Of a stretch of DNA of 20,000 nt, positions 1 through 8,908 are shown piece after piece. The stretch's first letter is position 1; each line of letters starts with the position of its first letter. The position numbers and the translations under genes were made by a program. The stretch comes from Catajapyx aquilonaris (taxonomy: Eukaryota): contig JYFJ02001452.1 of NCBI GenBank assembly GCA_000934665.2, forward strand, positions 59,584 to 79,583, written 5' to 3'. Under the pieces are notes generated by a model. It searched no databases and was not told the origin of the DNA. It saw only the letters and a program-made list of their open reading frames with translations.

Positions 1-438
1 CCTGATCCGGCGAGATTATCCTTTTCCATTTGTATCAGTTGAGACACTGAAGCAACTTGTCCAACACTATAATTATAACCTTCCTCTATATGTAGGTCTG
101 CGTGTAATTTTCTCCTTGCAAAAACATGTCAGACGCGCAATTTCCTTAAGCACACAAAACTCGCACACTGCCGTTGTCGCAGTTTAAAGGGGCAAAGAAA
201 CCGTCAACTCAAGCGTTGCTTCAATGTTCGTTCAAGTCTGACACGTCGACAAAGTGAAGGCCCAAAAGCAAACATTTTCCGCGCCCCCAAACGTCGAACT
301 TCTGTTATATACTGTATATAAAAATATATAGATATATATTCCTGTTGGTTTTCTCTCTCTCGGTTTTTTTTTTGTGATACACACTAACACTACTCTACCA
401 GTAAGAAATTACATGTTCTACCTCGAAAGTGCTTATAC

Positions 439-619
439 CTGGAAGCCATCATAAGTCCAGCTACCAAACTTCATGTCACAGCGCTGATCGTCAAAGGGGA
501 ACCACGTAATGTCTATCTTGCATGTGCTCTTGAAGATGCCCGGCGGAACGTACAAGCAGCTACCGTTATTTCTGACCACAACATTTGTGGGATAGGTCCC
601 GTCGAAACCCTCATCGGCA
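439..619 (-). CDS. nAChRalpha7: nAChR alpha7-like subunit, exon 5 ([61 protein letters not shown]; loop E, Cys-loop, loop B)
   Basis: Contains the Cys-loop [15 protein letters not shown] and loop B SWTYDG. Acceptor ctttcctgcaag|T completes the AG/T Ser codon from exon 4, and the donor is CAG|gtataa. It is 181 nt, phase 2 to 0. Confidence 0.97.
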
Positions 620-3251
620 CTTGCAGGAAAGGTGGGAAACAAGGGGTAAGTATAACGGTTTACTTTTTTTTTCTTTTTTGCACGGTTAGTAAACAGAACA
701 ACACAGACTGCCCTATAAATGCAGGGGTGGAATATTAGGTGAGAAAAGAAACAATTTACGTTCCACTATAAGAGAATAAGTGCACTACTCAACCGGAGGG
801 GGGATAAAGATTAAAAATGTCGACTTTTTTTAAAAGAACAGGACAGAAGAAAAAAAATGGCCAGTTTTATGTCAAGAAAAATCAACCCAGCCCCAGAAAA
901 ACTCAAAAGGTTGCACACCGAAGAAGAAAAATAGAAGAAAAAACGAGAGAGAACAGCTATCAAAAAATATAGAGATTTAAAAAAAATAGAGTTCAGAGGA
1001 AAATTGTGGACAAGAAAAAAAAAAACACCGAAGCAGCCAAAACCACGTATTGGGCTACACGATACGCAGTTCATGGGACTATCACCAGGCGACCATCACC
1101 CCACATGGAAACACAGGATTTGGTGAGTCCGCTGGGGAGTCACCTCCTGCGCCTCAACCGCTGTGTTTCCAGCAAGAGCGATTCTAACTTGGAAACATGG
1201 TGGCCCAACAACAACGGCATCTGGCCATCGTACATTGTCACCGGGCAGGTCACAAAAAGATCAGAGCCAAAAGTGAGTTTCCCCTTTACGCATGATATGA
1301 TATTGTATAAGATATGTGTACTGAACGAACTGCTGCACCAGACAGCTCGAGCTTCAGTTTTACCCCCGACTAGTTGGTTTGTTCGCCATGGGAGTTCGCT
1401 ATTTCCAACCCCATGACTCGCAAACCCTTCAGCTAATATTAGATATCACCTACTAAGGACAATAGTTTTAAAAGCAATATTTCTGCAAAATTATGTCTAA
1501 AAGTCTTGGGATAGGAAGAGAGTGTGAGCATTTCCTTTTTCTTTCTTTCTCTATGATTTATGGTGCCGCTCACAACGTCTGACTGGACAGTACTTGTACT
1601 GGGTGTCACTCCAGCTCTGTCCCAGCACAAATCAAACCACTTCCTCCACCTAACACTACTTACATTTGTCCTGACCAGTCCAGTAATTAATTGGTTCGGC
1701 GACATCAGACGTTACCTTTCTTTCGACCATCGGTTGCATATCCTTTCGTAACACAACTTCAGTTGCATCGGTCTCGAAATGAAACTGCAGGTGTGGAAAA
1801 CGATACAAACGAAACAAAAAAGGCGCAGTCGTTCACTCCAGCAAATGTGACACACTCAAAAAGGGTTTACTTTTACTCGCATTAAGCGGAGTAACAAATA
1901 CTCTACAAAGCAATCAGGAAACATTCGCTTGTAATTTGTACAGTGGGCGTCCCCAGTTAAATTCGAGTGTCTTTTGCACATGTGTCTGGACAATTAACAA
2001 ATCTTTGTACTCGCATATGTGGCAAAAAAAAACCTACTTGCGATACACCCTGTACTACTGGGCGCCAAACATGCATATCTTGTTTTGGTATCAGAAAAAA
2101 ATCCTATTCACCCTCCGCCAGTTCTCTCACACACTTTTTTTTCGCAGGGACGTCCAGAATTTGACGGTATCTGTACTTCGAGCGGAGATAAAACCCGGGT
2201 TCTCTGGCGCCCACAAACAAAAGGAGTCCGAAGGCCATTGTGTGGATTCACCGTTTGAATTAATCGCCATTGAACTGACACACACATAAAAGTAGTCTGG
2301 CGTTTTGACTTGGCCGTCGCATGTCTGTAAACTTTTTCCGAAAAACAATGGGGTTGTCCAGCGAGTGCATAATATGCGCCTGGGAAATAGAATAATCAAC
2401 AAAATAGTTTATAGGAAGACTACAACAAGTTGGTCGAAAGGAAAGAAACAGCACATCGGCCAGAGACATGTTCACACGTTCTCACCCATCGCACCTCCTC
2501 GCGTCCTCTTTCGCATACCATCTAAAACAAAGCATTACAACTAGACTAAGAGTAGGGAGGCTTACCTTTCCCATCACATATAACAAGACAGTTATATACC
2601 GAAGGCCATCAATATGTGGCCGAAATAGGAGGTGGCACACACGCAAGACAGGAGCGGCCAGGGGCAAAACTGAAGTCTGCCGAGTTGGAAGCCATAAGGC
2701 TACATACCAACAGTCCTTTGGCTACAACTTTTGGGCTCCCAATAAGCCTCGTCCCCTTCCACGGTGTCCCTTGTTGCTGGCTTGCCAACTGAACAACTGG
2801 CCACACTAAACTTTTCTTTTTTTTTGTAAGTAACTACACAGCAGGGGAAGGAAAATCATTGCTGAAACACAAAGTGTAACTGTTTTCTCTCGAATATTTA
2901 AAAAAATGGTATCTGTATAAAAAAAAAGAAATTGAGACGAACATAGTCGTAAAATTTATAGGGCAGAGTACAGGCTAAATAAATTTTAAGTATACTTTTC
3001 AAATCAAGTGAGCTACAATTTTGTCAGTTGAATTACGTTCAATGCATATTTATCAGGGGAGAGAAATGGTGCGGGTTAATTGTTGGACACTCCGCACTAT
3101 ATCTCCATCCTGTATTTACGTGTAACTGCGATGTCATTAGGCAGCCGTTCACAAAAATTCTGTTACGTCTTGCAGCTTCCTATTGTCATCGCGGATGCAA
3201 CTAAGATCACGTGATGAGAGACAACGGCACACGCATGCTTTTTGGCCATAC
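620..3251 (-). other. Intron 4 (about 2.6 kb), rich in inverted repeats
   Basis: gtatgg..aag borders, with multiple complementary segments (see findings). Confidence 0.88.
1073..1354 (-). promoter_or_regulatory. Putative editing-complementary sequence (ECS): degenerate inverted copy of exon 5
   Basis: Plus-strand 1193-1247 AAACATGGTGGCCCAACAACAACGGCATCTGGCCATCGTACATTGTCACCGGGCA aligns with exon 5 sense AAATGTTGTGGTCAGAAATAACGGTAGCTGCTTGTACGTTCCGCCGGGCA (586-537). Most differences are T>C or G>A, which are G-U wobbles in the pre-mRNA. Further colinear blocks flank this core. Confidence 0.75.
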
Positions 3252-3361
3252 CTGTTGTACATGAGCACATCGGGTTTCCAGATGCGATGCGGCGGTATCC
3301 TAAGATCCTTCACCCCACCATATTCAGACACGTTCCACCGGAGATTCACGTCGTTCCATTC
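3252..3361 (-). CDS. nAChRalpha7: nAChR alpha7-like subunit, exon 4 ([37 protein letters not shown], loop A)
   Basis: Contains the WKPDVLMYN loop A motif, and IPPHRIW is alpha7/alpha5-like. Acceptor accag|GAA, donor AACAG|gtatgg. It is 110 nt, phase 0 to 2, with branch-point-like AACTAAC at 3381-3387. Confidence 0.96.
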
Positions 3362-6300
3362 CTGGTCATAGATTCAGACAGTTAGTTAACAAATTCTGAT
3401 ACCCCGAGCACTCCTAGGACGCAATTGCCTCACTTCATCTTTCCATTTTTCAAAAAAATTATTAGCTCAAAGTTTGCTCCGTATTTATATTATTCCAGAG
3501 GCAAAGATTCCTGGAGCGCTGAACAACAACGACTACGAAAAGACATCCAGGATGCAAGAGTAATTATAAAATAACCGAGTGATAGATGTAACAAGTTAAT
3601 TGTAAAAACCGCGGCCAGACAGAAACGCACAAGGCGACAGAAAATAGCGACATCCATTTTCTCTGTGATTTGTGTGTTTGCAACCGCTTTTTGGTTATTA
3701 TATCTCCCCCGAAGATTGATGTGCAGTATACTTCAGTGCAACTGATACGATCCGTACCTTTCCGCATCTATAATGGAAACACACAACCCACAGAGGGCAA
3801 AAAACATAATAATCCCACAGACTGTAAAACAAAAAGGCCAGAAAAAAATATAGTAGCAAAATTTTTTCCATATACCGATCATTTTTTATATCACAAAAGT
3901 CACCCAGTTATAAAAACTAAATCTATCTAAAACACGTCAGGTCTACAGCTACACAAATCGTTTAGATGTGTTTTCAGTTTGTGAAATGTTTAAAAAGCAC
4001 ATGTATACAATGCAGTCTATATGCTAGTTAACATTTACCTCAGGCAATTGCTTTCAGCAATTGCTTGAATTACCCATTTACAAACAAAAACATCTTAAAA
4101 CAATCAACTCCGTTTGTAAAAGGTAATTTTGCTAGATGCCTACACAAAACCCCAAAATGCTTTTTGGTTGAAAAAACTCAAAAGTTAATGCAGTACTGCT
4201 TCCCTCACATTGTACCGCAAAACCAAAAAACAACAACGCGATAACTCAAAAATTTAAAAATAAACGAATGACCGGTTTTCGTCAGGCCCAAAAACTGATG
4301 AAAGCCACGGTAGAGAAAGAAAGCAAACTGCAACAGTCGCCTCCTCAGAACTGATCAGAAACCTAAATCAGAAACCGATACAGGCCTGTTTATGTAACAA
4401 TGCAATCCCTGACATTTTGCAGCCCGTTTTTTTTTTACTTGCCATCTGGAGAGTTGTAGTGCACTTTCCTCCTCTTCCAATGAGGATCAGTCTGTGGGCC
4501 GCCAAGTCTGTCTGCAAAAATTTCTTTTACTTCTAGAGCCACCAAAAAATTTGCAGAGCTCAAAGCCCACGTCCTTTTCTTTCTTTTTTTATTCTCCGGG
4601 AGTTTAAGTAATTGCTTTCTTTTGCAGGAAAAATGAATAAAAGAAACGGCGAGTATCAATATTGCCTCGGCTGTTCTTACTGTCAAATTCCCGAGAGATA
4701 CCGGGCAAATATCCTAGTTCCTTAGGTTCCTTTTAGTGGCTCCGCGTTCTGCACACTCCTTTACTCTCAAGGTACGAGTTTGTTCAATAATTTTAGAAGC
4801 AAGGAGCAACTTAGACTTGGTTTGCAGAATTTTGAAAAATGCGGATTGGAATGTGATTGTGCAGTCATCTAACATGATCTTACACTTACAACTACTACAC
4901 ATTGATACATTTAAAAACACAATTTTTTTAAACATTAGGTGTGGCGTACACAAAACTGTAAAAATGTTCATGTCTTTGTGAATCTGTCTAAAACCATGAT
5001 TTCATTTTTCCTTTTTTTGTCAAAATTCGGCAATATTCCTTCATTGGCTCTGGACAGCTTGGGTTGTGTGCATCGTTTTTTCTGTCTCTTTGTTTAATAT
5101 AGTCAGCACAACTCAATGTCTTTGGTTGTCGTTTATATGTATCGGGCAGTTAATCCCCATCGTCGTCGTTACAATAGCGACAAAAAAGGTAGCGTGAATA
5201 AAACGGGACTCTAAACTGCGCGTCAAATTGCAAATCGCGGTCGTCCTCGGCATATTTCCACAATTGCAACAATTTGCGATTCAAATAAGAGCCGTTTCAC
5301 CCACGACGGTCTCGGATTTAAAACTTCCCTTTCACTCGAGTAACTACCCCATTTTATAGATCAATTGCCCACTGAGAGCTAAAGGTGCATCGACGCCACT
5401 CTCAATGTCAATTAAATTCAGCTTTGGAGATCAGCCTTTTGCAATTTTCCCATTGATTACCGCCATTTTGAGTGTTATTACTTAAAAGGAGCTCGCTGCA
5501 TGCGGTTAGTCAACCTCCCTCTTTTTTTTTTATTCGCATAAAATCTACTGGATGTGCTTTAGTTTCCGTCCTGGTCGGTTAATCGAACACAAAAATAAAC
5601 ACTACGCTGGATGTCTTATCGAATTTTAGAGCTGTCAAGTCATATGGACCTTTTTTTAAAACTTTGAAATGATCCCGACAGCTACCTTCATGCTGTCGTG
5701 TCTTTTAAGGGACATTGCGTAGTTTAAGAATCAAGAGAATTTTCCAGTAGTTCGGGAGCCAGCCAACAGGCGGCTCGCGATAGACGCCAATAGCAGTCGC
5801 TTCACGTGGCCGTTAGTCGAACTACGCAGTGTCCCCCATTTTGGTTCCGTATTTTAAAATATCATCACTCCTTCTCCGTCCCGAGGAATGGAGTGAACAT
5901 TTTTTGGGGGAGGGTTTAAAAAATTTAAATAAACAAATAAATCCATGCAGCATTCGCTATATGATTCGCTTCCTTGTTTCGTGAGGAGGCTGAACCTATT
6001 TGTGTGTCGCCAAAATCTGTTGTTTTTTTTGCACAAGGGTCGAAATGTAGCATGCATATAACAAAACTGCTGACCCTTCTTTTCTCAGATTGAAATGCCA
6101 CAGGTTTATTGTTTATTATTCCAGCTCATTATTTTTTTTTTCCACGCTTGCCTGCCTACATGCACACTGGTTGCTTTTATTTTCTATGTGTAGATGCGTG
6201 TGTCGTCTGTCCCCGTGCAATAAATAGTACCAAGCCAATCCATACTATGGACCGAACAAAATTACTTCTAAGGTTGCCTCAGTTTTTAGAGGCTGAAAAA

Positions 6301-6683
6301 AATACAGTCTATACGATTGGTTGCAGGATGGGCTGGGTGGAAACTATCCCACCTGATGCCACCATGCAAATCACGATCGATTTGTTATTAGGCAGATGGA
6401 ACAGCGAAGAAACACAATGGGACAGTCCGTCCAGAACTTTAAATGAAGCTCTCTTCCTAACCTAATCGACAAAAATGAATGATCCAACTTTCTTTTTCAA
6501 AAAAATGCGCTGACAATTTGGAAACGCATGTGTGGTCCATGCGGCACTTCCATCGATCCCATTTAAAAAAATATTATGCGGTGTCGGTTTCACTGCGTCA
6601 AGACTGGTGTTTTGTGCATGTGCACAAGCCAAAAAGAGAGCTACGGTGCACTCGCTCTAAACCATCTTATGATGTGCAAGAGC

Positions 6684-6812
6684 AGATAGAGAAGAGAAGA
6701 GAAATAGAGAAAAAAGAGAGAGAATTGGCATCCCGCATTTCATTTTGGAGAGAACTGGGGGAAGGTTGGCCCCCCCAGAGCAAAAGGGAAGGAAGGAAGG
6801 AAGGAAGGGAAA
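6684..6812. repeat. Purine-rich low-complexity tract including a short (GGAA)n microsatellite
   Basis: GA-rich run at 6684-6723 and gggaaggaaggaaggaaggaagggaa at about 6786-6811. Confidence 0.6.
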
Positions 6813-8002
6813 TGGCACAAAGCAAACAAATGAGAAAGGCCTGGCCGCCTGCCAAATGAAAAGGTGGGGAGGGCAAGGGAAAAGGAGAGGGTTTCCTAGC
6901 TATAGCAAAAGCTATGAACGGAGCTATTCCTTGCCAAACCCTCGCGCAAAAATTCGATTCCCAAAACTACGGGGGCCTCCCACTAGAAAAATAAATAACG
7001 GAGAAAATTCTCACTGTGCCTTGTTTGTTGGAGAATCGTATAAATCAAGCGGCTGACGGGTGTGGTCTCGCATCAAAAATTGTGTAAGGATAGAAAGGTT
7101 AAGAAGTTTGGCAAACGAAATGTTCGCTGGAAATGTAAGTGAGAGTTGTACAAAACATGAGCGGAAAAAAATGAAAAAGATCCCCATTTTAACATGAAAG
7201 AAGCAGTAATTAATCCCACTTTGAAGTGCGGAATCATGCTTAATATAATTCCTTGGTTATTCGCAATCACGTCTTGCTATGTGGCTCCCCAGATAAGTTT
7301 TGGAAACACTTTTCTGTGGGGCCAACAAATACGCTGAGACAAGCTATTTCATTCGTTCCACGTGGGAAAGAACTTGGGGGAATTTATAATGCAAAGACTG
7401 TCACGTCCTGTGATTTATACGGACTGAGTTTCATACTTTGCATCGATAGGCTCCTGCACGAATTTTGCTATTCCGCAGGGATGCGACGGAAACAAGAAAA
7501 TGTCACACCGTATTAGGCTACAATGTAGCGAGAGAAATGACGATTCTATAACACAGCCACACTTTTTGTGGGATTAAATACTGAGGTGTTTTATTTCCAG
7601 CCCTTGTTTAGTCACAGATTATATGTGATACCCCCCCCCCCCCGCCCGCCAAAAATACCCAAAAACTTACGAATTGATGGCTAAATATATTTGAGACAAA
7701 TAAAGAAAGGCAATGGTGAGCTGTCGTCATGCAGATCCAATTCTCGAAATGACTAAATCTGCGTGAAGCTTTGTCAAACTCTGTATTCGGTTTGATTGTA
7801 AGTATAGTTTCAAGCTAGAGGATAAACAAAGTTGTGGAATGGTTTTCCGAAGCTAATCCCATGGACTTGCCATTCCGTGGAGGCTAGAGAGAACCATTCG
7901 GATGCAACGTGAGAAGCCTATGTTATCAAGCAGAACGTCCAGAGCTGAAGGAGAGAGTCAGTCCACAGACTATGCAGGATGGCTGGTACAGTATGTCGCG
8001 AG

Positions 8003-8055
8003 GCATGCTGGGGAATTGAGAATCAGAGATGCAAACATATTTGTTGGAGACCGAC
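8003..8055 (-). promoter_or_regulatory. Putative intronic element base-pairing with exon 3b and its splice sites
   Basis: Plus-strand GCATG...GAGAATCAG...GCAAACATATTTGTTGGAGACCGAC resembles exon 3b sense gcatg...AGAATCAG...ACAAACATGTGGTTAAGACTGgt, with wobble-type substitutions. Confidence 0.6.
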
Positions 8056-8158
8056 ACTGCCAAACAGCGAAGGCAACTCGATATATAGATATATATCTTT
8101 TTTTGGATATAAAATTCCTCTGATGTATATGAACTTTCTTGCTAGTGTGCTGACTTAC

Positions 8159-8203
8159 CAGTCTTAACCACATGTTTGTAATGAGAAGCTGATTCTTCTC
8201 ATC
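8159..8203 (-). CDS. nAChRalpha7: nAChR alpha7-like subunit, alternative exon 3b (DEKNQLLITNMWLRL, loop D)
   Basis: Minus strand reads ttttcattgcatgggatag|GAT GAG AAG AAT CAG CTT CTC ATT ACA AAC ATG TGG TTA AGA CTG|gtaagt. It is 45 nt, phase 0/0, with a branch-point-like AACTAAC at about 8237-8243. Confidence 0.93.
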
Positions 8204-8863
8204 CTATCCCATGCAATGAAAAGAAAATTTGGTGGTGTTAGTTTCTGCCTACGACACCCTGCTCAGGGTGCGTTTTTCTTGCGAACCTGAATTCTGGAGG
8301 AACACTCATAAAAACATAGACACACAGAACTAACTAATCAACACGGGTCCAGTCGTGAGCAAACCGACGGGTGAGCCAACTTTTATTGTTTTCCCCAGCG
8401 CCCTGTTATTACAGTGCTGACCGCAGGCTGCAGGATTGTTAGAGAGAGGGATCATATGATTAGCTTTAAAGTATGTAACCGACCGCTGGCCCACCGTCGG
8501 GGTGTTCACGTAATAGACGCCAACTCCAGAATTCAGTGTCGACCTCAAATGACGCTGCTGGACTGCCCGAGCCTGGCCCCCCAAAACGCCCGGTTGGTTG
8601 ACAAACAAAAGGATTTTCTCTCAACCCTTTATGGCCGAGCCCAACTCGTGTCAAAATGCCAGGCCTCACTCTCTATCAAATACAAGAGAGAAGAGATCCA
8701 GGGCTCCAGCCTCGTCATTTCGGAACCGGACTTTGCTTCCTCTGCTTGCTCTTTTTTAAAAGGCAAATCCTGCTCTGCCACCGGACAAAGTCAAAGTCGG
8801 AAGGTTCCCTTGCTGGAAAGGAAAGAGTTCACAGTTACAATGCACACTGTATACACAACTTAC
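8204..8863 (-). other. Intron between alternative exons 3a and 3b (660 nt), containing a long internal stem
   Basis: GT..AG borders, with nested inverted repeats 8287-8299/8524-8536 and 8364-8380/8485-8500. Confidence 0.85.
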
Positions 8864-8908
8864 CAAATTTAACCAGATGTTCGTGATAATGATTTGGTTC
8901 TTTTCATC
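8864..8908 (-). CDS. nAChRalpha7: nAChR alpha7-like subunit, alternative exon 3a (DEKNQIIITNIWLNL, loop D)
   Basis: Minus strand reads ctttttctctcctag|GAT GAA AAG AAC CAA ATC ATT ATC ACG AAC ATC TGG TTA AAT TTG|gtaagt. It is 45 nt, phase 0/0, and is not in the ORF track. Confidence 0.93.

Larger units (their letters stand above)
3362..8158 (-). other. Intron 3 (exon 3b to exon 4, about 4.8 kb)
   Basis: GT..AG borders are defined by the flanking exons. Confidence 0.85.

Noticed and set aside
1..60. TNG-like codons suggesting exon 6 (ITNGEW)
   Set aside because: It reads DTNGKG-stop with no proper acceptor, so exon 6 must lie beyond the window.
1006..1416. 136-aa plus-strand ORF with NNG..Y..G..FPF resemblance to exon 5
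   Set aside because: It has a low-complexity start and the alignment to exon 5 contains frameshifting indels. It is better explained as the antisense shadow of the ECS than as a protein.
3364..3402. Intronic frame YQNLLTNCLNL just before exon 4 resembling a third exon 3
   Set aside because: It lacks DEKN and Trp, has an in-frame stop and no donor site, and overlaps the branch point, so the resemblance is probably coincidental.
7727..7737. 11-nt perfect match (TCATGCAGATC) to the end of exon 2
   Set aside because: One isolated 11-mer is expected by chance in 20 kb.
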